From a virus, in IMG/VR virus record IMGVR_UViG_3300020057_000027, positions 64,001-128,000 of that record: a DNA stretch of 64,000 nt; one strand, given 5' to 3'. The translations under genes and the position numbers were made by a program. Positions within the stretch are counted from its first letter, which is position 1. Each line of letters begins with the position of its first letter. Shown here one piece after another: positions 1 through 8,788 of this stretch. The notes below the pieces were generated by a model. The model did not search any database and was not told the DNA's origin. It saw only the letters and a list, made by a program, of their open reading frames with translations.

Positions 1-642
1 AGATTAGTTTGCTTAGATGTTGATAAAGCATATTCGCTCTGGATAGATATTGATGCGTGGAAAGAAGGTAAAGGTGCCGATAGTATTTCTTGGTACTCTA
101 AAGCTTATAGTACATTCTTTGTTGATAAAGAAATTAAAGATGAAGCAACACTATCTCTAGCCGCAGAAGCGAGAGAAGATCTTTCTATGTTTAACTTGAA
201 GAATTTCTTTCCAGAAAGAAACTGCGACATTGAGCAATTCATTTATATGATGAAGTTTAATGAGAACGGAGCACTATCTGATGCTATTTGGTCTGGCAAC
301 ACTGATGGACTTAAGCAGTTAAATTCTAAGTATGGTAGCAAGCTATACTTGAGATATTTGATGAACCAAAAACCATTATCAGAAACCTTTGATATGGTTA
401 AGAAATACGCACTATACCGCTATGGTGGTAAGATGAAAGTTAATAAGATGGATATAACACAAAATGATCCTAAATCTTTTCACATAACATATGGTGAGTT
501 ATTGAACACACTTGATAAACTTCTTTCAGAAAAACAAGGTGAAGATAAAAAGCTTTTAACTTCTTTGTTAGAATTTTACAAACAATCTCCAATTACTATT
601 GTTGCTGGCGATGAATTGATAGGAGTAGTAAATGCTAGTTGA
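1..642 (+). CDS. Hypothetical protein, 5' truncated by window edge
   Basis: Frame 1 is open from base 1 into the 187..642 ORF. Confidence 0.7.
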   Translation, partial: RLVCLDVDKAYSLWIDIDAWKEGKGADSISWYSKAYSTFFVDKEIKDEATLSLAAEAREDLSMFNLKNFFPERNCDIEQFIYMMKFNENGALSDAIWSGNTDGLKQLNSKYGSKLYLRYLMNQKPLSETFDMVKKYALYRYGGKMKVNKMDITQNDPKSFHITYGELLNTLDKLLSEKQGEDKKLLTSLLEFYKQSPITIVAGDELIGVVNAS

Positions 643-868
643 TATTCTGTTATTTTTTCTTGTTTTTACTATTGGTAGAATTATAGGTAAAGCTGAAGCT
701 AGAATGGCACTATCTCAGGCAGCAAGAGATCTTCCAATTTATGATAAAATTATTAAGCTTGCAGAACTTAAAGGTGAAGATATTAGTAAGCTTACTAATG
801 ATGAGATACATAAAAGGGTAGAAAAATATAAAAAGGATATAAGTGCCAGAGACGATCTTCCTTATTAG
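632..868 (+). CDS. Small membrane-anchored hypothetical protein
   Basis: N-terminal hydrophobic helix; AGGAG upstream. Confidence 0.6.
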   Translation: MLVDILLFFLVFTIGRIIGKAEARMALSQAARDLPIYDKIIKLAELKGEDISKLTNDEIHKRVEKYKKDISARDDLPY

Positions 869-965
869 TATCATCATAGCAGCAGCAATTTATTACACTG
901 GATTTAAACACGGCTATTCAAAATGTATTGATGATCTCCGAAAAGCTCCAATCAAGAGAGGTTAA

Positions 966-1106
966 ATGTTAGTTCTTCTTTTTGTCATATTTCAATTTTG
1001 TATTGCGTTTGCTTTTGGATGGTTCAGAGGTAATATGAAAAGATTTGAATTGGATGAAAAAGAAAAATTAGATCTATATTGTGCAGGGTGGAGAGACAGT
1101 ATATAA
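966..1106 (+). CDS. Small membrane protein (46 aa, not in ORF track)
   Basis: GAGG upstream; MLVLLFVIFQFCIAFAFGWFRG... Confidence 0.5.
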   Translation: MLVLLFVIFQFCIAFAFGWFRGNMKRFELDEKEKLDLYCAGWRDSI

Positions 1107-1120
1107 TATTTTAGGAGAAT

Positions 1121-1444
1121 ATGATGATCAATACTACTTCAAGGAAAGGGCTCTTGACGGATTTAAGGAATTCCAATCCTCTTTTAAAAAAGTTGAGCCG
1201 CACTAGATTTTCATATAAGACAGCTAAGAGTATTTTAGAAAAGTTTTCTAATGATCCTTTAGCTATGTTAGCATATGAAGAGGTTGCATCTTTTTTCAAA
1301 CAGAATGAAAAGAAAACGGTGCGTTGGTTCTTTGCTGAAAATCCTATGTTGGGTGGTATTAGACCAATTGAAATGATAATAATGGGAAGACAAAAGAAGT
1401 TAATGCAATTTATTTTAGATCAAAAAGAAGGTAGAGGTGAGTAA
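1121..1444 (+). CDS. MbcA/ParS/Xre antitoxin C-terminal domain-like protein
   Basis: WFFAENPMLGGIRPIEMI resembles the W-x3-PN-x2-LGG-x2-P motif; AGGAG RBS. Confidence 0.6.
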   Translation: MMINTTSRKGLLTDLRNSNPLLKKLSRTRFSYKTAKSILEKFSNDPLAMLAYEEVASFFKQNEKKTVRWFFAENPMLGGIRPIEMIIMGRQKKLMQFILDQKEGRGE

Positions 1445-1820
1445 TAAACCACATACTTGTCCAGTCTGCGGAGGTTCAGGAACTAATCCTGTTGGTGGTT
1501 GGTCTACCAGTGCTATACCTATGACAGTTCCCTGTACAACTTGTAGTGGTCAAGGTATTGTTTGGGGTCCAGAAGGATCAGAAAAAAATTGGACGATGCC
1601 TGAGATAGCAGCAGATTTATATCCTATAATTAATATTCCCAGAATATTCCCACCTCTTCAAGATCCACACGATTTGATGCCACCTCCAAATAAAATACAA
1701 GAAATAATGGAGCAATTGGATGAAGCAATCAAAAAACATAAAGAAGAGAATCCAAAAACCTTAGAAGAAGAAATATTAGAAATAATAAAAGAAACCTGTA
1801 CAAAACGCATACAACTGTGA
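1437..1820 (+). CDS. Protein with DnaJ-type zinc finger
   Basis: Two CxxCxGxG repeats (CPVCGGSG, CTTCSGQG). Confidence 0.6.
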   Translation: MSNKPHTCPVCGGSGTNPVGGWSTSAIPMTVPCTTCSGQGIVWGPEGSEKNWTMPEIAADLYPIINIPRIFPPLQDPHDLMPPPNKIQEIMEQLDEAIKKHKEENPKTLEEEILEIIKETCTKRIQL

Positions 1821-1832
1821 TATAATGATTAT

Positions 1833-2720
1833 ATGATATTAATTGATTTTAACCAAACTCTTATTTCTAATTTGATGTCGCAGATCGGCAGCAATCCTAA
1901 TGCCCAACTAAGTGAAGATTTGATACGCCATATGGTGCTATCAAGTATCTTATCATATAAAAAGAAATTTGGTCCAGATTATGGTCAGATGGTTTTTTGT
2001 TCTGATGATAGACATTATTGGCGCCGCGAAGTATTTCAATACTATAAAGCTAATAGAAAGAAGGCGCGAGAAAGTTCTGGATTTGATTGGGGTTTAATCT
2101 TTAACACTCTCAATAAAATTAGAGATGAGATTAGAGAAACTTTTCCCTACTTAGTAATTCAAATTCATGGCGCCGAAGCGGATGATATCATTGCTACTAT
2201 GACAAAATATACACAGACTAATAATCTTACTAGAGTTGGTTTGGATGAAGAAGCTCAGCCAGTATTGATATTATCTGGAGATAAGGATTTCTTACAGCTA
2301 CAGAAGTATCCAAATATTAAGCAGTATTCACCTATGCAGAAGAAATATCTAAGTGTAGATGATCCTCATAAATATCTAATAGAGCATATTATCAGGGGAG
2401 ATAGTGGTGACGGTATTCCTAACTTCTTATCTTCAGATAGTGTTTTTGTAACAGAAGGTGCAAAGCAAAAATCAGTAATGACTAAAAAAGTCGATGAATG
2501 GTTGAGAGCTAAATCACCAGAAGAATTTTGTGATGAAGGAATGTTACGTAATTATAAGAGAAACGAGCAACTGATTGACCTAAGTAAAGTGCCTGAGGCG
2601 ATAGAATTAGCTATCATTCAAGCATATGAACAAGGTCCAAAAGGTAGCAGAAAAAACTTATTTGATTACTTTGTGAAAAATCGGTTGAAGTTTTTAATGG
2701 ATGAGATGTCTCAATTTTAA
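1833..2720 (+). CDS. rnh: T4-like RNase H (5'-3' exonuclease)
   Basis: ILIDFNQ, YKANR, EADDII, SGDKDFLQL and GDSGDGIPN motifs. Confidence 0.95.
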   Translation: MILIDFNQTLISNLMSQIGSNPNAQLSEDLIRHMVLSSILSYKKKFGPDYGQMVFCSDDRHYWRREVFQYYKANRKKARESSGFDWGLIFNTLNKIRDEIRETFPYLVIQIHGAEADDIIATMTKYTQTNNLTRVGLDEEAQPVLILSGDKDFLQLQKYPNIKQYSPMQKKYLSVDDPHKYLIEHIIRGDSGDGIPNFLSSDSVFVTEGAKQKSVMTKKVDEWLRAKSPEEFCDEGMLRNYKRNEQLIDLSKVPEAIELAIIQAYEQGPKGSRKNLFDYFVKNRLKFLMDEMSQF

Positions 2721-2730
2721 TGGAGTTAAT

Positions 2731-3243
2731 ATGGCATTAGTACATAATCTACCTAGAACGGTAGGAGAAGTTTTTGAAGCATTGAAAGGTGCTAAGACAA
2801 AAGGTGAGAGAGCAAAGATTCTACAAGAGAATGATAATCTCGCGGTGCGATCAATATTGCGATTAAATTTTGACCCTAAGTTGAAATTTGAATTGCCTGA
2901 AGGATTTCCTGCCAATTACAAACCTAATCCAAAACCAACTGGTTTTGGTGAAGTGACTTTGAAAAGTATTGTAAAGAAGTTTTATATTTTTGTTAAAGAA
3001 TCTACGCCAAATTTGAGACAGTTTAAGCGTGAACAGATCTTCGGACAGTTACTTGAACAATTATCTCATCAAGAAGCAACAGTGCTTGTTGAAGCGAAGG
3101 ATAAAAAGCTTAATGTGGGTTTAACTCGCAAGTTAGTAGAGGAAATATTTCCTGATCTACTGCCGGCGGATGCTAAATCTATTAAAGAGACTAAAACTTC
3201 TGGAGATTTAGATGAAACCGAGGGCGCTGATAAGGTTGTTTAA
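2731..3243 (+). CDS. Conserved T4-like phage hypothetical protein
   Basis: ATG at 2731 after GGAG; LPEG..P and KREQIF..LLE.L...EA motifs; adjacent to rnh. Confidence 0.65.
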   Translation: MALVHNLPRTVGEVFEALKGAKTKGERAKILQENDNLAVRSILRLNFDPKLKFELPEGFPANYKPNPKPTGFGEVTLKSIVKKFYIFVKESTPNLRQFKREQIFGQLLEQLSHQEATVLVEAKDKKLNVGLTRKLVEEIFPDLLPADAKSIKETKTSGDLDETEGADKVV

Positions 3244-3448
3244 CCTAGTAGTATCATATGATACAGAGCAGCCCGATATTCTTTTGGAGCAAGAAGCCCA
3301 ACTTTTAGTAGCAGAGATAAACAGAATATTAAAAGAGAATTTACCTGGCCCTATACCACAACTATCTTTTGAAGATATGAAAAAGAAAATTAAAATTGGA
3401 GTTAAAAATTATAAAGCCTCAGAAATTGGGCTTGATGATAGTGAATAA
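3212..3448 (+). CDS. Hypothetical protein
   Basis: Overlapping operon ORF; GGAG upstream. Confidence 0.55.
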   Translation: MKPRALIRLFNLVVSYDTEQPDILLEQEAQLLVAEINRILKENLPGPIPQLSFEDMKKKIKIGVKNYKASEIGLDDSE

Positions 3449-3450
3449 TT

Positions 3451-3684
3451 ATGAGAGCAAGACTAACGATACTTTACAATCCTTCTTGTCCACAAGAGAC
3501 TCAAGAGATTGACGATATGCGCCACGCATCCGATTTCAAAATGATCATCTGGGACATCCAACAAAAATTAAGAGAAATAGAAAAGCACGGAGATCATTCT
3601 AAACTTACTGCTTATGATGTTATAGATGAAGTAAATCAACTCATAAGAGAAGAACTCACTAGTAAGGGTTTAACATTAGAATAA
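3451..3684 (+). CDS. Hypothetical protein
   Basis: Tightly packed ORF. Confidence 0.55.
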   Translation: MRARLTILYNPSCPQETQEIDDMRHASDFKMIIWDIQQKLREIEKHGDHSKLTAYDVIDEVNQLIREELTSKGLTLE

Positions 3685-3691
3685 ATAATAT

Positions 3692-3922
3692 TAGCCGCGC
3701 CCCTTAAGCAAGGGTCAGTATCCGCCCGTTTAATTCAACGGGCTAATGAAGTGGTTGCTACCACAAAAAAGAATTCCTGCTTGCGAAGTAGGTGTGGAAG
3801 CACACCTTTAATACAATGGGTGGAGGTAGTTAAATACCGTTGAAATCTTTTTGTATATGCTTCTTTTTCTTTCCTACCCTTGGCAGTAGACCTCTGGATA
3901 CTTCTAAATAATTTGAAGTATT
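3692..3922 (+). ncRNA. Putative structured non-coding RNA of unknown family
   Basis: Several consecutive hairpins plus long-range helix AGTATCC(3717)/GGATACT(3896); preceded by ATAAATA at 3681. Confidence 0.5.
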
Positions 3923-3941
3923 TAATTAGAAGAGGTGTCAA

Positions 3942-4595
3942 ATGATTAAACTGTTGCTTGGATTCATTTTGGATGCTATAAGAGTATCCGTTAAATGTTT
4001 TCTTCTATTCCTTCCGTCGTTGTTAGTCTATACCGTTTTAACTCAACCAGCAATCATAATGAATCGTGGACTTCCTCTGGTTGAAATTGCTAATCAACCA
4101 TTAATTCACGAATTACTTCCTCACACAAGATGGGGAGATCTTAAACCTTGTGGTACAGTATTTGATGAACAAGAAGAATTCAATAAAGCTAGACAGTGTG
4201 TTAATCAGACCGCATGGCGCAAACGTCCAGTTAGTGAAGAATTAGAAATTCCTAGATGTTACATAGTTAGTGCTAGTTCGCCTGATGTATACAGCGAAAA
4301 AACAGGAACATTTAATTTCATACCAGTAGTAGATATATACGGAATTGGTGCTGTATTGGGTGTATATCAACCAGAAACACGTACTGTATTCATAGTTGAA
4401 AATATTGATGCTGCCCAAGTCTACAGACACGAAACACAACATTATATGCTTCACGAACATGATCCTGAAACTCGTGGTGGCGGCCATCATCAAGAGATCT
4501 GGCAGTCGTGTGAAGCTCCTTACTACAGTCCAAGTATAGAAGCAAAAATGATTGGTGCTATTAAAGATTTCAGTAAACCAAAAGCAGAGAAATAA
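3942..4595 (+). CDS. Membrane-anchored putative zinc metallopeptidase
   Basis: N-terminal hydrophobic segment; HETQH (HExxH) motif; GAGG RBS. Confidence 0.55.
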   Translation: MIKLLLGFILDAIRVSVKCFLLFLPSLLVYTVLTQPAIIMNRGLPLVEIANQPLIHELLPHTRWGDLKPCGTVFDEQEEFNKARQCVNQTAWRKRPVSEELEIPRCYIVSASSPDVYSEKTGTFNFIPVVDIYGIGAVLGVYQPETRTVFIVENIDAAQVYRHETQHYMLHEHDPETRGGGHHQEIWQSCEAPYYSPSIEAKMIGAIKDFSKPKAEK

Positions 4596-4621
4596 AAAAA
4601 AGGGCACATTGAGTGCCCCTT
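4594..4621 (-). terminator. Intrinsic terminator between convergent genes
   Basis: GGGCAC-ATTGA-GTGCCC hairpin preceded by an A run (U tract on the minus strand). Confidence 0.7.
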
Positions 4622-4627
4622 GAGTGT

Positions 4628-4747
4628 TTACTTCTTGCCTTTCTTAGTAGCTTTCTTCAAAGGAAGTACACAAGCTTTACACTGTGAGGCCTTCTTTAAT
4701 CCAAGCTTAACTAGGAGTCTAGCAAGTAAACATTTTAGCTTTTTCAT
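4628..4747 (-). CDS. 39-aa highly cationic peptide (not in ORF track)
   Basis: GGAG RBS; ATAAATA late-promoter-like motif at 4783-4789 (minus); own terminator. Confidence 0.7.
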   Translation of the reverse strand: MKKLKCLLARLLVKLGLKKASQCKACVLPLKKATKKGKK

Positions 4748-4803
4748 GTTGTTTCTCCAATAAAAACGTTTACTATTCAGATTATTTATGTTAGAATAAT
4801 CTT

Positions 4804-5283
4804 ATGAACATATTCTATCTTTCTGAAGATCCAAGTATAGCCGCTAGGTATCACAATGATAAACATGTAGTTAAAATGATTTTAGAAACTGCTCAAATAC
4901 TATCAACGGCACATAGAGTATTGGATAAGAGTATATCTACTGAATTATATAAAGCTACGCATATCAACCATCCGTCTACTAAATGGGCACGTGCCAACAT
5001 AAATAATTATCAGTGGTTATATAATTTGTTTTGTGAACTTTGCACAGAATACACTTTTAGGTACGGAAAAACACACCTTACTGAGAAGAAACTTAAACAT
5101 GTGTTACAACAAGCGCCGATGCTTATATCTAATGACGCTTTCACTCAACCTCCTCAAGCTATGCCTGACGAATTTCGCAGTGCGGATAGTATTCAATCAT
5201 ACAGAACCTATTATATTAAAAGTAAAAATCATTTGGCAAGTTGGACTAAAAGACCAACACCAGATTGGTATACAGGAGTTTAA
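4804..5283 (+). CDS. Pyrimidine dimer DNA glycosylase / endonuclease V-like protein
   Basis: MNIFYL..DP, DKHVVKMILETAQIL, HINHPSTKW, RYGKTH. Confidence 0.85.
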   Translation: MNIFYLSEDPSIAARYHNDKHVVKMILETAQILSTAHRVLDKSISTELYKATHINHPSTKWARANINNYQWLYNLFCELCTEYTFRYGKTHLTEKKLKHVLQQAPMLISNDAFTQPPQAMPDEFRSADSIQSYRTYYIKSKNHLASWTKRPTPDWYTGV

Positions 5284-5285
5284 TT

Positions 5286-5546
5286 ATGCCAACATATGAA
5301 TTTGAATGTAGTAAGTGTAATTTTAAGTTCAGTGATCTTTTGAAGATAGTAGAAAGAAGTATACCTTTAGAAAGTCCCTGTCCAAATTGTAAGGAGGAAA
5401 AATGCGTTACTTCAGTCTTCTCGGCTCCAGCTTTGGTGAGTCCGAGTGCTATAGATGGTCTGAGAAAACCTCGGTCGGATTTCAAGGAGAGGATGTTACA
5501 GATTAAAGAAGGCAACAAACACACGACTAAAATAAAGGACTATTAA
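5286..5546 (+). CDS. FmdB-family zinc ribbon protein
   Basis: MPTYEFECSKC...CPNC. Confidence 0.85.
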   Translation: MPTYEFECSKCNFKFSDLLKIVERSIPLESPCPNCKEEKCVTSVFSAPALVSPSAIDGLRKPRSDFKERMLQIKEGNKHTTKIKDY

Positions 5547-5548
5547 CT

Positions 5549-6322
5549 ATGGGAAAAAGATCCCGTAAAAATACGAATTACAAACCAGAGCAAGCCCCAC
5601 AAGAAGACGTTTTAAAAGAAGAAGATCCTTATAGAAGACAGAAAAAGTTATTAAATCATAATTTCAAATTAGAGGCCATCAAACCTCTTACTGAAAATCA
5701 ACGAAAAGCTTTTTACGCTTTTGGTAGTGATAAACATCTTTTGTTGTATGGTGTTGCAGGTACAGGAAAAACATTTCTTGGTTTATATTTTGGTCTATCA
5801 GAATTATTTTCTGGTAATGTTCGCCAAATAATAATTGTGAGAAGCGCGGTGGCATCAAGAGATCTAGGGTTTATGCCTGGAACACTATCAGAAAAGATGG
5901 CAGTCTATGAAGCTCCATATAAAGATATTTGTGCTGAACTTTCTGGTGGCCGTAGAGATGTATATGATACACTGAAAAAGAAAGGCAATCTTGATTTTAT
6001 GTCCACATCATTCATTAGAGGATTAACCTTTGATGACGCAATATTGATTGTGGATGAAGTTCAGAACTTAACCGATCACGAATTAAATTCAGTCTTAACA
6101 CGAGTAGGAAAAAACTGTAAAGTAATACTATGCGGTGATTTTAGACAAGACGATTTGAAAATGAACGGTAAAAAGTCACAAGAAACTGGTATCCATAATA
6201 TGATAAAAATAGCTAGAGCAATGCCCAGTTTTGACTTGATTGAGTTTCAAATTGGTGATATAGTACGTAGTGGGTTCGTAAAAGAATACATTATAACCCG
6301 CCACAATTTAAAGCTAGATTAA
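5549..6322 (+). CDS. phoH: PhoH-family ATPase
   Basis: GVAGTGKT, LGFMPG, FIRGLTF, DEVQN, TRVG, IVRSGFVK. Confidence 0.95.
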   Translation: MGKRSRKNTNYKPEQAPQEDVLKEEDPYRRQKKLLNHNFKLEAIKPLTENQRKAFYAFGSDKHLLLYGVAGTGKTFLGLYFGLSELFSGNVRQIIIVRSAVASRDLGFMPGTLSEKMAVYEAPYKDICAELSGGRRDVYDTLKKKGNLDFMSTSFIRGLTFDDAILIVDEVQNLTDHELNSVLTRVGKNCKVILCGDFRQDDLKMNGKKSQETGIHNMIKIARAMPSFDLIEFQIGDIVRSGFVKEYIITRHNLKLD

Positions 6323-6336
6323 CCTTGGAGTTTATT

Positions 6337-6711
6337 ATGAGTGAAGTTGAAAAAGAAACACAAGGCGTAAAACACGATCAAGATAAGATTCGTATGGATC
6401 TTGTACCTTGGGATGTTGTAGTTGAGATTGCAAAGATCTTAACTTTTGGTGCTAAGAAATACGCCGACAGAAATTGGGAAAAAGGTTTCAATTGGTCAAG
6501 AGTATATGGAGCTTTGATGCGCCATTTAACTCTGTGGTTTCAAGGTCAAGACACAGATGCCGAGACTGGAAGATCACATCTTGCACATGCTGGATGCTGT
6601 TTGTTTTTCCTTTTGGCATTTGTTCTTCGTGGTGTAGGTAAAGATGATAGACCTAAACTCACTGAAGCGCAAATAGATGAAATGACTAAGTATGAAATTA
6701 ATCCTAGATAA
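6337..6711 (+). CDS. dATP/dGTP diphosphohydrolase-domain protein (DUF5664)
   Basis: KHDQDK.RMDL, FGAKKY..RNWEKG, ALMRHL, D.ETG.SHLAHA. Confidence 0.85.
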   Translation: MSEVEKETQGVKHDQDKIRMDLVPWDVVVEIAKILTFGAKKYADRNWEKGFNWSRVYGALMRHLTLWFQGQDTDAETGRSHLAHAGCCLFFLLAFVLRGVGKDDRPKLTEAQIDEMTKYEINPR

Positions 6712-6747
6712 TAGTTCCAATATATAGTACGTTATAATAAATAGATT

Positions 6748-7141
6748 GGGGCTGCCATGGTTTCGACTGGAAAAACTAAGGTTAGTCGCGCAAGCCGTAG
6801 ATGATTCTTGGCTACGTTAAAATGAATCAAATGTTAAATGCAAACTCTAACGATTTTGCCGATTACGCACTAGCTGCATAATCTGTGTTTAAGTAAAGAT
6901 AGATAGTAGTATACTTAAACATATAATTTCACCACTATCGGAGCCTCTCAATAACCGTCCGTAAGAGAGTAAACCAAAACTGGGATGGGAATAATGGTTG
7001 ACCATTTGTAATTCAGGTTATGTTGTTTATTTTGAAACTGAATTGCGTGAAGGGCTGAAACCCCTCAAAAAATAAACTACGCTTGTAGTGCGAATAATTA
7101 AAGATTCTAGGACGCGAGTTCGATTCTCGCCAGCTCCACCA
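6748..7141 (+). ncRNA. ssrA: tmRNA with tag ANSNDFADYALAA (6840-6881)
   Basis: 5' GGGGCTG pairs with 3' CAGCTCC-ACCA including G3:U70; T arm GCGAG-TTCGATT-CTCGC; resume GCA and YALAA* tag. Confidence 0.93.
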
Positions 7142-7144
7142 TAT

Positions 7145-7219
7145 CGCGGGGAAGAGAAAGAGTAACTCGCTTGGCTCATAACCAAGAGATAGCATGTGCG
7201 ACTCATGCCTCCGCTACCA
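7145..7219 (+). tRNA. tRNA-Met(CAT), initiator-like 1:72 mismatch
   Basis: Cloverleaf; CTTGG-CT-CAT-AA-CCAAG; C1:U72; CCA end; atypical T loop. Confidence 0.8.
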
Positions 7220-7483
7220 TTTTTTAAGGATACTATGAACGGCGATAGACACATTAAAGGTTATGCAGTTTGTCTTTGTAAAAACTGTACACCTCCTTCA
7301 GGGAGATCTAAGTATCGTGCTTGGTTAAAATCGTTTCGTTCAGGTCTAATGCGTAAACAAAACAGAAAAATCATCAAAGAACAATTGTTAGATACACCAG
7401 TTTAAGCCCGAAACCCCGAAAAGCCAATACGTAGTGGAATGACTAAATATTAGTCTAGGGATTAGGGCTCTTTTTTGGGTGTT

Positions 7484-8353
7484 ATGAAAAGTTTCTATCA
7501 ATATATAACAGAATCAATCGTCGATCCATATCACGAATCTTATTCTGATGAAGTTTTTGATGACTCATCCACAGAAAATCCAAAATTAAAAACAAAAATA
7601 TTAAATCTAATCAATAAAGACTTAGAACAATTTAAAAAGACTCTTAATATAAAAGATGTTGTTCTAGTTGGAAGTATATTAACTAAAAGATATCGCTTTG
7701 ATACTGATTTAGATGTTCATATATTAGCTGATGGTGCTAGTGAAGCATCAATGGAAAAGTTCGCAAAAGATTACAGTGAACATATAATTCCGGGAACAGA
7801 TCATCCAATCAACTACTTCATAATTTCAAATAAAAAAGATCACGATAGAGCTAATGCGTTAGGTGATGCTGAATTTGATATAGAACAAAATAAATTCAGA
7901 AGAAAGCCAGTAGATAGACCTTTTGATATTACACAATACTTTGGAGATTTTAAAAAGAAAGTAGATAAAATAAATTCACTCAAAGCAGATTTAAGACACG
8001 ATTTAATAGATTATGAATCATTGAAGAAAGTTGATAAATCTGAAGTTAAAAAATTATCAGTATTAATCAAAGATGAATTAAAGAAAATAGAAAACACCGC
8101 ATCTGGTTTAGTTGATATCTATAATAAAATTAGACAAGATAGAAAAGATGCTTTTGCTGGTGAAGTTACTCCAGATGAAATAAGAAAATACGGCGAAAAG
8201 AATCGTACACCAGGAAATGTTATTTTTAAATTGATGGAGAAATATCATTATTTACAATTCTTGAAAAAAATAGAAGAGATTTTAGGTCCGGACAAAAAGC
8301 TTTCGGATAAAGAAGCTGAGAAATTAGCAAAGGTAGTAAAAGAAGATGATTAG
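7484..8353 (+). CDS. Pol-beta-superfamily nucleotidyltransferase with capsid-targeting-like leader
   Basis: LVGS-x9-DLD motif; N-terminus MKSFYQYITE; CTAAATA upstream. Confidence 0.7.
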   Translation: MKSFYQYITESIVDPYHESYSDEVFDDSSTENPKLKTKILNLINKDLEQFKKTLNIKDVVLVGSILTKRYRFDTDLDVHILADGASEASMEKFAKDYSEHIIPGTDHPINYFIISNKKDHDRANALGDAEFDIEQNKFRRKPVDRPFDITQYFGDFKKKVDKINSLKADLRHDLIDYESLKKVDKSEVKKLSVLIKDELKKIENTASGLVDIYNKIRQDRKDAFAGEVTPDEIRKYGEKNRTPGNVIFKLMEKYHYLQFLKKIEEILGPDKKLSDKEAEKLAKVVKEDD

Positions 8354-8783
8354 CGAATTAGATAAAGTTGGTCTAGTATACGACAAACTTACAGAAAAAG
8401 AAAAGAAATTTTTTAAAGATTACATCTGGAATGGAGTAGGTAGTAGAAGTTTCTTTGTTAATCCACATGATCTAATTTTCAAAGAAGCATCACTATACCA
8501 TGATTTTTACTATTGGCGCGGCGGCCCACAAGAGTTAAGAGAATTGGCAGATAAAGATTTTTTTCATCGTTGCCACTCAGCCGTTAGAAAACAACCAAAA
8601 TATAAAAGACCTTTTTATTATCTTACATCTTATGTATATTTTGCATTTTTACGAATGCTTGGTAAAGTAGCGTGGGAATATTCAGAAAAACCATCCAAGA
8701 CTTTTAAAGAATTGCTTGATAAAGTCCATTTTTATTATGATAATAACCCAAACATATCAGGACGTCCACCAAAGTTCAAATAG
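8346..8783 (+). CDS. Phospholipase A2-like fold protein (putative)
   Basis: NGVG...FKEAS.YHDFYY...ADKDF resembles NGCG...F..AC..HD.CY...CD..F. Confidence 0.45.
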   Translation: MISELDKVGLVYDKLTEKEKKFFKDYIWNGVGSRSFFVNPHDLIFKEASLYHDFYYWRGGPQELRELADKDFFHRCHSAVRKQPKYKRPFYYLTSYVYFAFLRMLGKVAWEYSEKPSKTFKELLDKVHFYYDNNPNISGRPPKFK

Positions 8784-8788
8784 GTTAT

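Noticed and set aside
7013-7254. Minus-strand ORFs over tmRNA/tRNA-Met
   Set aside because: Antisense shadows of RNA genes
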